This document shows positions 19,015 through 28,810 of a stretch of DNA of 60,955 bases, piece after piece (positions within the stretch are counted from its first letter, which is position 1; each line of letters begins with the position of its first letter). This DNA is from a virus. Its lineage: Duplodnaviria > Caudoviricetes. The notes below the pieces were generated by a model. That model made no database searches. It saw nothing but the letters and a program-made list of their open reading frames with translations, and was not told the origin of the DNA. The position numbers and the translations under genes were made by a program. The DNA lies in the IMG/VR virus record IMGVR_UViG_3300042465_004842, positions 1-60,955 of that record. The stretch is one strand, 5' to 3'.

Positions 19015-20547
19015 ATGCCCGATATAACAAAATTTAAAGCTATATTCAGTGGGCTGGATATAGCATATGGGACATACATAGTAAAAGGGGAAAGAGGCGA
19101 TGGAAAACAAAATGGGCAAGCCACCGTTGTTAGACAGCCTCCTACCGACGAACTTTGGGAAAGGCATCTATCTGGTATTGAGCCTTCTTTGGGGATCATT
19201 CCTATTAGGGCTGATAACAGTTGTATATGGGGGTGCATTGATATTGATCAGTACCCTCTTGATCACCGAAAGCTCGTTGAAAAAATTGCATCACTATCTT
19301 TACCACTAGTCGTATGCCGCAGTAAATCTGGCGGCGCTCATTGTTTTTTATTTGTAAGAGAACCTATTCCTGCACGTGATATGCAGGCGTACCTAAAAGC
19401 CTGCGCGGCATTATTAGGAGAAGCTGGACGTGAGATATTTCCTAAACAGTCGGAGATACTTGTTGATCGCGGAGACACAGGTAACTTCCTTAACCTACCC
19501 TATTTCTCAGGGGATGCGGGAACACGCTATGCAATTAACTCAGAAGGTGCTGCTGCTACGCTCGATGAGTTCTTTGCGCTTTACGAAGCAGCGGTGCAGA
19601 CCGCGCCGCTCCAATTCCCAGAGGCCCCGAAAGTTGCAGAAGCTGCCGTCAAGGACGGACCACCGTGCTTACAAGCTCTTTGTTCACAAGGATTTCCGGA
19701 AGGTACTCGGAACAACGGCCTATTCAATATCGGGATATATCTCAAACAGGCTAATCCTTCTGTATGGGAAGACAAGCTCATAGAGCACAACTTAAAGTAT
19801 TTTTCTCCGCCTCTGCCAAACAACGAGGCGCAGATCGTCATCAAACAATTAAACAAAAAAGATTATCGCTACAAATGCAAAGATGCACCGCTAAATAGTT
19901 TTTGCAATAGCGGCTTGTGCCGCACTCGTAAGTACGGTATCGGCGGACATGGGCCAGATTCTCCTACGTTATCGTCACTATCAAAGTACGCATCAGAGCC
20001 ACCACTGTGGTTCCTTGATGTAGACGGACGGCGCGTGGAACTCGAAACAGATAGCTTGTTCAACCAAGCTGCGTTTCAAAAAGCTTGCTTAGAAAAATTA
20101 AACACACTACCACCAACACTGAAGAAAACGGATTGGGAGCAACTGCTCAATGGTCTTCTTAAAGAGATGGTAGAGACAGAACAAATCTCCGAGGCCAGCG
20201 AAGATACCTCCGTCACTGGTCGCTTCATGGACTTGCTTGAAGAATTCACCACGCACATGCAGCAAGCGATGGATCGTGATGAACTCCTTATGGGCAGGCC
20301 ATGGATTGATCCAGAGGATGGTAAGTGCTACTTCAGGATAAAAGATCTTGAGAACCACTTAAAGCGAAACAATTTTGTCGGTATGACTTCGCCTAAGATG
20401 GCTCAGCGACTGCGTGACATGGGCGGTGAACCTATCCCACTGTTTCTAAAAGGCAGGACAGTGCGTTGCTGGAAAATAGCCGCATTTAAAAAGCAGGATG
20501 CGCCATTTAATACGCAGACTGTCAGGGAAACAGGAAGTCCCTTCTAA
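19015..20547 (+). CDS. Primase (AEP-like N-terminus, PriCT-1-like domain)
   Basis: 'WGCIDID', 'RSKSGGAHCFLF', 'GNFLNLPY', 'PPCL...FPEGTRNNGLF'. Confidence 0.8.
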   Translation: MPDITKFKAIFSGLDIAYGTYIVKGERGDGKQNGQATVVRQPPTDELWERHLSGIEPSLGIIPIRADNSCIWGCIDIDQYPLDHRKLVEKIASLSLPLVVCRSKSGGAHCFLFVREPIPARDMQAYLKACAALLGEAGREIFPKQSEILVDRGDTGNFLNLPYFSGDAGTRYAINSEGAAATLDEFFALYEAAVQTAPLQFPEAPKVAEAAVKDGPPCLQALCSQGFPEGTRNNGLFNIGIYLKQANPSVWEDKLIEHNLKYFSPPLPNNEAQIVIKQLNKKDYRYKCKDAPLNSFCNSGLCRTRKYGIGGHGPDSPTLSSLSKYASEPPLWFLDVDGRRVELETDSLFNQAAFQKACLEKLNTLPPTLKKTDWEQLLNGLLKEMVETEQISEASEDTSVTGRFMDLLEEFTTHMQQAMDRDELLMGRPWIDPEDGKCYFRIKDLENHLKRNNFVGMTSPKMAQRLRDMGGEPIPLFLKGRTVRCWKIAAFKKQDAPFNTQTVRETGSPF

Positions 20548-22046
20548 TGGCTATCCAAAAGATATTTGGCCCACCCGGCAGCGGCAAGACAACGTATCTG
20601 CTGAACGTCGCGGATAGGGAGATGGAAAATGGCGTTTCTCCAGAAAGAATTGGGTACTTTTCTTTCACCAGAAAGGCCTCCAACGAAGCACGTGACAGAG
20701 CAATCAAGAAGTTTCCGCACTTAAACGAGAAGATTGATTTTCCATACTTCAGGACGTTACACAGTCTTGCCTTTCGATGCCTATCCACAAAAGTGGATGA
20801 TATGATGCAGGGGGAGCACTATGCAGAGTTTGCTAAAGAAACTGGTATATCCCTTGAGATATCTACGGACAGTGAGGAAGGTTATGCGAAAGCGGAAAAT
20901 CCAATCCTTAATGAAATCAACATCGCAAGAATCTGCGGTGTGGACCTCCGGACCCACTATAACAACTCTGTTATCGACATCGAATGGCATCATTTTGAGT
21001 TCGTCGAACGATCCTATCGTCACTACAAAGCCTCGCGTAACCTCCTCGATTTCACCGATCTACTCGAGCTCATCGTCCTTGAAAAACAACGGCTCCCACG
21101 ATTAGAAGTTTTAATCATCGACGAAGCACAAGACTTATCCCGCCTACAGTGGGAGATAGTCCATGCCTTAGTGGAACGCGCATCACGGATCTACATCGCA
21201 GGCGATGATGACCAAGCCGTATTTACATGGGCGGGTGCAGACGTAAAATCCTTCCTAGAATTCAAAGGTGATATACGTGTGCTTGAGCAAAGCTACAGAG
21301 TGCCCTCCTCTGTTCATAAGCTAGCTTCTCATATCGTAAACAGAATACAAGAGCGCCAACCAAAAGATTGGAAGCCCCGCGACTTTGAAGGCAAAATCAA
21401 ACAGTACCAACGCTTTGAAGATGTACCCATGGGGGATGGTGAATGGCTCATCCTGTCATCGACCAACTACATGCTCAACCCAGTACATGAATGGCTAAAA
21501 GCCAATGGCGTTCTGTTTGAGCGCAACAACGTACCCAGCCTATCCCCCACCATGCTAAAGGCTGTTGTGGATTGGGAGCGGCTACGTAAAGGGATGTCAC
21601 TAGGTATCATAGATATACAAGCGATATACAAGTACCTAGGGCCAAAAGACGTGGCCCGTGGCTTTAAGACGTTCAAGGGCGATGTGGATGTGCTTGAGTA
21701 TGATTTACCCACCCTACGTAGGCACTACGGTCTTTTGACTGATGCCCCTTGGTACGAAGCATTGTCACGCATCAGCGAAGACAAGATTGAATACCTACGC
21801 GCCATACTGCGTCGCGGCACTAAGTTATCCAGTTCTGACAAAATTAAACTCTCCACCATCCACGGAGCAAAGGGCGGGGAAGCCGACAATGTCCTTTTGT
21901 TCCTTGATCTCTCCCCTAAGTTTTCTAAAGAGTACGCAAGGAACTCTGACAGTGTGAATCGGTTGTTTTATGTAGGTGTAACAAGAACAAAAGAAACTCT
22001 GCACCTAGTGCTGCCAAGACAATACGACAAAGGATTTAGACTGTGA
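20547..22046 (+). CDS. UvrD/SF1 DNA helicase
   Basis: GPPGSGKTT, IIDEAQD, AGDDDQA, QSYR, STIHGAKGGE, YVGVTR. Confidence 0.93.
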   Translation: MAIQKIFGPPGSGKTTYLLNVADREMENGVSPERIGYFSFTRKASNEARDRAIKKFPHLNEKIDFPYFRTLHSLAFRCLSTKVDDMMQGEHYAEFAKETGISLEISTDSEEGYAKAENPILNEINIARICGVDLRTHYNNSVIDIEWHHFEFVERSYRHYKASRNLLDFTDLLELIVLEKQRLPRLEVLIIDEAQDLSRLQWEIVHALVERASRIYIAGDDDQAVFTWAGADVKSFLEFKGDIRVLEQSYRVPSSVHKLASHIVNRIQERQPKDWKPRDFEGKIKQYQRFEDVPMGDGEWLILSSTNYMLNPVHEWLKANGVLFERNNVPSLSPTMLKAVVDWERLRKGMSLGIIDIQAIYKYLGPKDVARGFKTFKGDVDVLEYDLPTLRRHYGLLTDAPWYEALSRISEDKIEYLRAILRRGTKLSSSDKIKLSTIHGAKGGEADNVLLFLDLSPKFSKEYARNSDSVNRLFYVGVTRTKETLHLVLPRQYDKGFRL

Positions 22047-23908
22047 GCACCCTACCTATGTTCCCGCCCAACTCATCGTGGGCCGCGCCTGATTCATTCC
22101 CTAACCTATCCACCGCTAAGGAGATTGCAATTGACCTCGAAACCTGTGACCCAAACATGGAAAGCATGGGGCCCGGCTGGCCTCGTAACGATGGGTTTAT
22201 TGTTGGCTACGCTATTGCTGTGGAAGGTTGGGCCGGATATTTTCCTATCGCTCATGCTGGCGGGGGCAATCTTGATAAGCGTCTTGTTGAGCGTTGGATT
22301 ACTGACATCCTCAAGCTACCCGCAGATAAGATCATGCATAACGCCGCATATGACCTTGGATGGCTTAGAGCTAACGGGTTCACTGTCAACGGACGAATTA
22401 TTGACACAATGTTGGCAGCGCCCATCCTCGACGAAAACCGTTTCTCGTACAGCCTCAATGCGCTTGGCTTCGACTACCTTAAAGAGACTAAATCAGAGCA
22501 AGGACTTAAAGAGGCTGCAAAAGACTTCGGGGTACATCCGAAGAAAGAACTCTGGAAGCTCCCCTCCATCTACGTGGGTGCATATGCCGAGCAGGACGCT
22601 GCCCTTACGCTAAAGCTTTGGCAACAGTTCAAAATCCTTTTGCGCCGAGAAGAAGTTGAATCCATCTTCGATCTCGAAACGCGGCTCTTCCCTGCGTTAT
22701 TTGAGATGACGCTAAAAGGCATTCGCTTTGACCGCTCACGCTGTGAGCAAACGATTGAAACCTTGATACAAAATGAGAAAGTACTTCTTGCCAATATTAA
22801 GAAATCCTCTGGGCATCACGTCGATATCTGGGCAGCAGCATCGATTGCTAAAGCCTTTGATGGCTTAGGTATTGCCTACCCACGCAGCGAGACAAACCTA
22901 CCCAGCTTTACAAAAACCTTCTTAGAGGAATGTCCGCACGAAATAGGCAACATGATCCTCCAAGCAAGAGAAACCAATAAGACGCACAGCACGTTCCTGC
23001 GCCCTTACCTTGACTTCTCTGCCAAGACAGGACGTATACACCCCCACGTCAATCAAATGCGCTCCGACGACGGCGGAACCGTCACTGGACGGCTATCCAT
23101 GGCTAACCCTAATCTTCAGCAAGTGCCCGCTAGGCACGAAATCATCGGTCCGATGGTACGAAGCCTCTTCCTACCGGAAGAAGGGCAGCTATGGGCCTCT
23201 AATGACTTCTCCTCACAGGAGCCACGACTCCTAGTCCACTATGCAAGCCTCTTGGATCTACCGGGGGCTGACACCATGGTCGAAGCCTACCGAGCAAATC
23301 CCGACACCGACTTCCACCAAATGGTCGCGGACATGGCAAAAATTAAACGAAAACAGGCAAAAACCATCGGTTTAGGCCTAATGTACGGCATGGGAAAGGC
23401 AAAACTAGCCAACCAACTGGACCTAACCGCCGAAGAAGCTGGTGCATTGATCGAACAATTCCACAAAAACGTGCCGTTTTTGAAAGGAACCGTCAACGCG
23501 GTCATGCGCCGTATCGAAAAACCTATATCCCAAGGCTCTATACGCACTATCCTAGGTCGCAGATGCCGCTTCCCACTGTGGGAACCAATGGAGTGGGGAG
23601 TCAACAAAGCCCTGCCTTATGAGCAAGCGGTCGCGGACTACGGCCCGAGGATCAAGCGCGCAGGGACCTACAAGGGATTAAATCGTCTGATACAAGGATC
23701 AGCCGCAGATCAAACCAAGATGGCTATGGTGGCCCTCCACGAGGCTGGAGAGAGGCTTCTACTGCAGGTGCACGATGAGCTTGTACTCTCCGTAGACACA
23801 AAAGAGCAAGCCCAACGCGCCGCAGAGATCATGGCAGAGGCTGTAAAGCTTGAAATACCCAGCCGTGTGGATGTAGAGATAGGGAACAGTTGGGGGGAGG
23901 CTAAATGA
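22043..23908 (+). CDS. polA: Family A DNA polymerase with 3'-5' exonuclease domain
   Basis: DLET, HNAAYD, YAEQDA, TGRLS..PNLQQ, DFSSQEPR, KTIGLGLMYG, QGSAAD, QVHDE. Confidence 0.96.
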   Translation: MSTLPMFPPNSSWAAPDSFPNLSTAKEIAIDLETCDPNMESMGPGWPRNDGFIVGYAIAVEGWAGYFPIAHAGGGNLDKRLVERWITDILKLPADKIMHNAAYDLGWLRANGFTVNGRIIDTMLAAPILDENRFSYSLNALGFDYLKETKSEQGLKEAAKDFGVHPKKELWKLPSIYVGAYAEQDAALTLKLWQQFKILLRREEVESIFDLETRLFPALFEMTLKGIRFDRSRCEQTIETLIQNEKVLLANIKKSSGHHVDIWAAASIAKAFDGLGIAYPRSETNLPSFTKTFLEECPHEIGNMILQARETNKTHSTFLRPYLDFSAKTGRIHPHVNQMRSDDGGTVTGRLSMANPNLQQVPARHEIIGPMVRSLFLPEEGQLWASNDFSSQEPRLLVHYASLLDLPGADTMVEAYRANPDTDFHQMVADMAKIKRKQAKTIGLGLMYGMGKAKLANQLDLTAEEAGALIEQFHKNVPFLKGTVNAVMRRIEKPISQGSIRTILGRRCRFPLWEPMEWGVNKALPYEQAVADYGPRIKRAGTYKGLNRLIQGSAADQTKMAMVALHEAGERLLLQVHDELVLSVDTKEQAQRAAEIMAEAVKLEIPSRVDVEIGNSWGEAK

Positions 23909-23940
23909 CTGTAAAGTTATTTACGCCCCACTGTAAACTT

Positions 23941-24040
23941 ATTCGGTGTTGGTGGCTACTAACCGATTTCTTCAAGCGAGGGAAGACCACTCGTCGGTAC
24001 TCATAGCGGAGTAAGGTTTACTTTCACCAACAAACGGAAT
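23941..24040 (-). ncRNA. Candidate multibranch structured RNA or bidirectional terminator at a convergent junction
   Basis: TGTTGGTG (23947-54) pairs with CACCAACA (24025-32); inner AACC/GGTT, CGAG/CTCG and TACTC/GAGTA stems. Confidence 0.45.
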
Positions 24041-24043
24041 ATA

Positions 24044-24148
24044 TCATTCCCGATCAAAGAAGTAAATGCAAGCCCCTACTAACCCAAGAAGAAGACCTGC
24101 CCCTACCATCGCACCCGCAATCAAAATAATAAAAGCAAAGGTTTCCAT
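24044..24148 (-). CDS. 34-aa membrane peptide (not in ORF track)
   Basis: METFAFIILIAGAMVGAGLLLGLVGACIYFFDRE; start overlaps the upstream stop. Confidence 0.5.
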   Translation of the reverse strand: METFAFIILIAGAMVGAGLLLGLVGACIYFFDRE

Positions 24149-24423
24149 TACTTCTTCCCCTTCACTACAAAATTATCAATCGGGTACACCCGTCTCTCCC
24201 CATCCTCATACTTCACATGTATCTTTTCGTTTATATACGCCCAGCAACCGTGGTACACGGTCCCATTAGGCAGCATTGAATACATCGCTTTCAAGCCATC
24301 ACAACTCGCTGTCAGGTATGTCGTTAAAACAATCTCGCCACCCCCTTCGTTCTTGGCAGACAAGTACGGCTCTGCGCGGACCGCGGAAGCAACAAAAAGT
24401 AATGCCAGTGCTAATTTTTTCAT
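24148..24423 (-). CDS. Small exported protein
   Basis: Signal peptide MKKLALALLFVASAVRA; 'GGGEIVLT...C...GCW'. Confidence 0.7.
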   Translation of the reverse strand: MKKLALALLFVASAVRAEPYLSAKNEGGGEIVLTTYLTASCDGLKAMYSMLPNGTVYHGCWAYINEKIHVKYEDGERRVYPIDNFVVKGKK

Positions 24424-24659
24424 ACGTCCTCCCTTGCAAATTGTCGTATCTCTTCAATGGACAGCCCTGTTTTGTCGTAGATCCGAAGAATGTTTGTAGG
24501 TGACAGATAAAAATGATCGTTTCTGATCTGACTGATTATCGATGTGCTTATGTACAAGTAGTCCGCCAGCTCTTGGTCATTAACAAATTTGTTCTTCTCC
24601 ATCAAAAGTTTAAATAGTTTTTTTTCTTTCTTCACGTGCCTGCTTTTATTGTTTGACAC
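24420..24659 (-). CDS. Cro/XRE-like HTH protein
   Basis: DQELADYLYISTSIISQIR; probable GTG start after AGAAAGGAG; paralog of 29638..29883. Confidence 0.65.
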   Translation of the reverse strand: MSNNKSRHVKKEKKLFKLLMEKNKFVNDQELADYLYISTSIISQIRNDHFYLSPTNILRIYDKTGLSIEEIRQFAREDV

Positions 24660-24846
24660 CAATTTCTCCTTTCTCATTTTCTATGTGCGTCATCACGGAA
24701 CTCGAATCAATGAACTCCATATCTTTATATTTAAACGTGCCATCCAGCCCTTTAATAGCCCTTGCTAGTATCTGACCATTGGATGTATCTATCAAACAGA
24801 TATGCCCGTTAGTCAGCTCTGCCCATCTTCTGCCTTTAGCCTTCAT
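24646..24846 (-). CDS. Hypothetical protein
   Basis: ORF in a tightly coupled leftward operon. Confidence 0.55.
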   Translation of the reverse strand: MKAKGRRWAELTNGHICLIDTSNGQILARAIKGLDGTFKYKDMEFIDSSSVMTHIENEKGEIGVKQ

Positions 24847-25100
24847 CTCTTCTCCTTATATATTTTTCTTATCCATGTCTTTGTCTCACTCACCCCCTCT
24901 TGCTGGGGATCATACAAGGAGCCTGTGACGATGTCCGCTAACCAGATCTTTCCAAATACGTCTAGCTCCACCATTTTTCTATCCATTGGCACACCCATTA
25001 CGTCTAGTTTTACCTTGATCTTTTTAAGCTCTCTAAGTTTAATAAGATCATGCTCATTGATATATCCCTTGTGGTATCGAATACCCATGGCGCTAGTCAC
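24843..25100 (-). CDS. Hypothetical protein
   Basis: Coupled ORF, 'WLADIVTGSLYD'. Confidence 0.6.
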   Translation of the reverse strand: MTSAMGIRYHKGYINEHDLIKLRELKKIKVKLDVMGVPMDRKMVELDVFGKIWLADIVTGSLYDPQQEGVSETKTWIRKIYKEKR

Positions 25101-25290
25101 TGTTCTTCTCCTTTAATGATTTAGGTATCTTTGGCTTCGGACACCAGCCAATACAACTGTCTTCCCATACACCGATGATGCACACCCCGCCCGGGTTTAA
25201 CAACAACATGCTCGTGCCCCGCGGCGGCGGATCAACAGCAGGATCACGGAAGTACAGTTGATCTGTTGTGGCTTGTTGAAACTTATCCAC
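25093..25290 (-). CDS. Hypothetical protein
   Basis: 'PPPRG..MLLLNPGGVCIIG.W.....GWCPKPK'; ends LKEKNSD. Confidence 0.65.
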   Translation of the reverse strand: MDKFQQATTDQLYFRDPAVDPPPRGTSMLLLNPGGVCIIGVWEDSCIGWCPKPKIPKSLKEKNSD

Positions 25291-25693
25291 CGTTCTTCTC
25301 CTGTAAGGCTACTGCTGCCATTCTGATTGCATCGCTTCTATCCAATGTCATGCCTTCGATATAATCCATTTCTTCCTTGGTCAGTTTGATCCATTCGCGC
25401 TTTGTGTCATGCGATGTTTGATCCATCATCACTGTACGTGCAAGTGCTTCACAGGTTTGGCATGGTGTTGGGTCTTTATACAGAGCAGTCCATCTATCAG
25501 GGTAGCGGTCTAAATCGTTGGGTCGTGATTTAGTAAAACCACCATCAATAAAATTGTGTATCCACGCCACAGGCTCTTGTTCTTCCCGCCATTCTTTTTC
25601 AAACTGCTCCACTGCTTTACATGCCCCTACACATCCGTATTTGTCTGTGCATTTCTCCATTGAACTTCGCGGACAGTCTTTAATTATTCCCAA
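25283..25693 (-). CDS. Hypothetical motif-mosaic protein
   Basis: EPVAW, KREWIKLTKEE and QEKN motifs. Confidence 0.65.
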   Translation of the reverse strand: MGIIKDCPRSSMEKCTDKYGCVGACKAVEQFEKEWREEQEPVAWIHNFIDGGFTKSRPNDLDRYPDRWTALYKDPTPCQTCEALARTVMMDQTSHDTKREWIKLTKEEMDYIEGMTLDRSDAIRMAAVALQEKNGG

Positions 25694-26027
25694 AGTTCTT
25701 CTCCTTTAGCTTGGCTTGTAAGGTTTGTAGCAGCTCTAAATCGTTTAGATAAGCCATATCTGCTAAGTCCAGTAATTCCTCGTCCGTCAGCCCAACCCAT
25801 TCACGCTCTGGAACCATTCTTTTCCCATCAGACACGCGCCGCACTTTGCCTGCTTCCCAATCACGATAAAACGCACGTTCTAAATCATCGCCTTTCAACT
25901 CCTTTGATGGCTCAACCTGCTCAACGACTTTAGGATTTATTGCCCCTTGTGGATTTAAACGATCAAATATCTTTTTGCCTAAATCATAAAAATCTTTATT
26001 TTTACCCGTGACGTTGTCTTTAGTCAT
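25680..26027 (-). CDS. Hypothetical motif-mosaic protein
   Basis: REWVGLTDEE...AKLKEKN; start placed at 26027. Confidence 0.65.
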   Translation of the reverse strand: MTKDNVTGKNKDFYDLGKKIFDRLNPQGAINPKVVEQVEPSKELKGDDLERAFYRDWEAGKVRRVSDGKRMVPEREWVGLTDEELLDLADMAYLNDLELLQTLQAKLKEKNFGNN

Positions 26028-26794
26028 GTGTTCTTCTCCTTCAGCTTGGCTTCGATGGCGCGGAAATATTTGTAGGTATCTGTCGTGTTGCATGACTTCA
26101 CGGTTGCATCAATCTCTTCATCACTCAGCCCAACCCATTCTTTCTTCGGTGGTGCTGTGTAGAGCGCGACTACTTTTGCGTGTGTGCCTTTTAACTCTGC
26201 CATGTGATCTGCATCTTCTTTCACAAAGTACAAATCGTGCAAGCTAATGCACCTACCTTCGCCTTCGTCTACGCCCCACGCTACTGGCTCAGTTCCTGCC
26301 AATTCAGCCTTCGCACTGTTGTACCCGTCTTGCCATGCTGATTGCGTTTGCATTCTTGCGTTAGCAAGGGGATTGCACATGGTGTTTTCCCATGAAACCC
26401 AAGAACCTGACGGACTGCGTCGAGGATCGTACTGCGCGCCAAGTACCTGCGCACTTTGCGCAAAACTTTTATAGTTTTCCTCACGTTCGTCTTGAACTTT
26501 TATTGGCATGTCAGGTATTCCATCCATCACCCTCTTCCTCAACGCTTCGTTCATAGCTTTTTGTTCAGCAATAAACTCAGGCTTTGATGTTAGAGAATCG
26601 CTCCAATGAGCTATCGTTTCGTCAGGCTGCGTATAGTTCGGCTTGCCACCTGAATACGTCTTTACCCACGGCTCCTCATGGATTTCTTTTATCTCGTTAA
26701 TTTGATCTTCCGTTAAGCGGCACACATACTCATCACCTTCTCGTATCCAACGTAGTATCCCCGAGGGGAAGCAAACTTCTTCGTAGGGTTTCAT
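26024..26794 (-). CDS. Hypothetical motif-mosaic protein
   Basis: EPVAW, LYTAPPKKEWVGLSDEE...EAKLKEKNT; start placed at 26794. Confidence 0.7.
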   Translation of the reverse strand: MKPYEEVCFPSGILRWIREGDEYVCRLTEDQINEIKEIHEEPWVKTYSGGKPNYTQPDETIAHWSDSLTSKPEFIAEQKAMNEALRKRVMDGIPDMPIKVQDEREENYKSFAQSAQVLGAQYDPRRSPSGSWVSWENTMCNPLANARMQTQSAWQDGYNSAKAELAGTEPVAWGVDEGEGRCISLHDLYFVKEDADHMAELKGTHAKVVALYTAPPKKEWVGLSDEEIDATVKSCNTTDTYKYFRAIEAKLKEKNT

Positions 26795-26922
26795 AAGGCG
26801 CTCCATAACCATTTAATGTACTTCCCTATCAAAACCCCCGCAGTACTAGCCATAAATACAAATGCGACTATTACCACTAGGCCGTAAATATGCTGCAACA
26901 ATGCTTTTCCCATTTCGTTCAT
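26791..26922 (-). CDS. 43-aa membrane peptide (not in ORF track)
   Basis: ATGA-coupled at both ends; one TM helix. Confidence 0.5.
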   Translation of the reverse strand: MNEMGKALLQHIYGLVVIVAFVFMASTAGVLIGKYIKWLWSAL

Positions 26923-27107
26923 GGCTTCTCCTTTATCCACGCAGCAACCTTGTAGTAACCATCATAAGTAATAAAATCTTCCGCTAATCGAGCGCGAATA
27001 GCATCAACGCATTCTTGATCAGCTATAGACCAACCATGTCCTGAAGATTCTTTCTCCCATGCTAATAAACAATTCAAAGCCATCTTAAATATTTCGCGGT
27101 CAGTCAT
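26919..27107 (-). CDS. Hypothetical protein
   Basis: Coupled ORF with GGAGG RBS. Confidence 0.6.
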   Translation of the reverse strand: MTDREIFKMALNCLLAWEKESSGHGWSIADQECVDAIRARLAEDFITYDGYYKVAAWIKEKP

Positions 27108-27267
27108 CTTTTACCTCCCAAATTACTGTTGTATTCGGTGGCATAAGCGCATTAGGGTTGCACTTGCACGGCATACCAGCACCCTCACAAAAGATACATT
27201 CATGCGCTTCTTTGTTTGGGTGGTTCTCACATACCCACAATGTTCCATTGCAGTTAGGACAAGTCAT
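27100..27267 (-). CDS. 55-aa Cys-rich (zinc-finger-like) protein (not in ORF track)
   Basis: CPNC..WVCENHP..CIFC.GAGMPC.CN; GGAGG RBS. Confidence 0.6.
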   Translation of the reverse strand: MTCPNCNGTLWVCENHPNKEAHECIFCEGAGMPCKCNPNALMPPNTTVIWEVKDD

Positions 27268-27416
27268 TCTTCCTCCATGCCTTCTAAAAGTATCTTGCGC
27301 GTAATGCTTTCTAAAGCTTCTTGATCACTATCCTGTATTGCCTTTGTGTACTTCACTGCCTTTTCTAAATACTCTGGATCGTCATCAATCAATAGTTTTT
27401 GTGTGGGCTTTACCAT
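27264..27416 (-). CDS. 50-aa acidic protein (not in ORF track)
   Basis: MVKPTQKLLIDDDPEY...EGMEEE; GGAG RBS; coupled to neighbours. Confidence 0.5.
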   Translation of the reverse strand: MVKPTQKLLIDDDPEYLEKAVKYTKAIQDSDQEALESITRKILLEGMEEE

Positions 27417-27700
27417 TGCTCCCCCCAAGTCCTATGCTCCTCAGCAATCCACTCCAAGCCATCATATTCTTTGATCTGCCATTTCACACCATCAGGTATT
27501 TCAATAATAAACAAGCTTGCAAAAATACCGTCGGCTGCTTCTCCCATCTCTTCAACTACTTGAATTAGTGCTGGATCATCACGGTCCACGTTACGACAAC
27601 CCCAGTTATTAACCGTAGTGCCTGTAAGCTCCGCGTATCGAGCTGCTGCCTTTTCCGATAAACTAAACCCGCCATAAGCTCTGTTGATGACTAGTTTCAT
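27410..27700 (-). CDS. Hypothetical phage protein
   Basis: MKLVINRAYGGFSLS...RDDPALIQVVEE...EYDGLEWIAE.HRTW. Confidence 0.75.
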   Translation of the reverse strand: MKLVINRAYGGFSLSEKAAARYAELTGTTVNNWGCRNVDRDDPALIQVVEEMGEAADGIFASLFIIEIPDGVKWQIKEYDGLEWIAEEHRTWGEQW

Positions 27701-27897
27701 AACTCTTCTCCATTCTTTTCTAACTCCCACAATGGAATTCTTGCAGCACACTCATCAACCATTACTTCTAGCAGTTTTAATAAATGATGTTCGCTATTCA
27801 TATCAGGGCGAGTAGTTTCAGTAGCATGATCAGCAACATAGCCACGGATAATTTCTACTATCCTTTTTTCAGGGACAAGCGGTATAAATTGTTTCAT
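27697..27897 (-). CDS. Hypothetical protein
   Basis: Coupled ORF. Confidence 0.55.
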   Translation of the reverse strand: MKQFIPLVPEKRIVEIIRGYVADHATETTRPDMNSEHHLLKLLEVMVDECAARIPLWELEKNGEEL

Positions 27898-28274
27898 TCT
27901 TGCCCCCTCTTTCGGATAGCTTCTCTAAACGCTATTGCCGCATCCATTAAAGCAGCCTCGTAAGCATCAAGCGGAGACATAGTCGTGTAATCGCGGTCAG
28001 GCGTAGTCAAGTGAACTTCAATACTTGCACAAGCCTCGCGCTCCATTTCTACTTCTACTTTGACCATCCTATCGACAACACTAAGGATAGAACTGCTCAG
28101 TGCTTTACAAATCAGTGAAAGCGTGTCGTTAATCATTTCATCGTAAACACCCGGATCAGTTTTTTTAATGACTTCCAACGTCATCTTTGCCTCTTCTAGT
28201 GCCTCACTGTCCGCTATCACCGCCGAATATATGTAATCTATATTTGGCATTACTTCTGCTTTATCCTCTGTCAT
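27894..28274 (-). CDS. Hypothetical EREACA-motif protein
   Basis: EREACA...AIRKRGQE. Confidence 0.65.
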   Translation of the reverse strand: MTEDKAEVMPNIDYIYSAVIADSEALEEAKMTLEVIKKTDPGVYDEMINDTLSLICKALSSSILSVVDRMVKVEVEMEREACASIEVHLTTPDRDYTTMSPLDAYEAALMDAAIAFREAIRKRGQE

Positions 28275-28361
28275 AATTTACCCCGTAAAGAAATCCCATA
28301 AAGAAAGACCAGCAAGCAAGTCCGATTACAAACAGCACCATGTCAAGCGGGTAGTCAGTCA

Positions 28362-28604
28362 TTACTGCCCCCTTGCGCGGATATCTGCGGCAGCTTCCAA
28401 ATAAGTGTTTGCGTTAAAAGCAATCTGAGCACACGCCTCGCGCTCATCTTTGACTGCGGTTTCTACTTCTAATTTCAATCTCTCAATTTCGTCAGACATG
28501 TCCTGTTTGTTCATCGACATAACCTTCATAGTGTCAATCAGGCTTTGAATGTGATGGTTGAGGGTGCGAATCTCATTTTCCAAAAACTCTTCCCTTGTAC
28601 TCAT
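28362..28604 (-). CDS. Hypothetical EREACA-motif protein
   Basis: EREACA...IRARGQ. Confidence 0.65.
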   Translation of the reverse strand: MSTREEFLENEIRTLNHHIQSLIDTMKVMSMNKQDMSDEIERLKLEVETAVKDEREACAQIAFNANTYLEAAADIRARGQ

Positions 28605-28810
28605 TCTCTGCCCCTTAGTCTGATGTTTTCAGCGCAATGGTCACATCCAACTGCGTCCAATCTTTTTGCACATGCATCGCGCTCATCTGCACGAACTAGT
28701 TCAGCAAATTTCTGTGCGTATGCAAGAGCAATAATTGGCATCCAATCATGATCGGTTGCTATATGCAATCCAGCCTCATGCGCCATGCGGATAATGTCTT
28801 CGTTAGTCAT
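28601..28810 (-). CDS. Hypothetical EREACA-motif protein
   Basis: DIIRMAHEAG...FAELVRADERDACA...IRLRG. Confidence 0.65.
   Translation of the reverse strand: MTNEDIIRMAHEAGLHIATDHDWMPIIALAYAQKFAELVRADERDACAKRLDAVGCDHCAENIRLRGRE

Noticed and set aside
22043-23908. Modified-base (e.g. Z-genome) system, intein or stop-codon recoding
   Set aside because: No purZ or base-modification genes were seen, core genes are uninterrupted, and they translate fully with the standard code.
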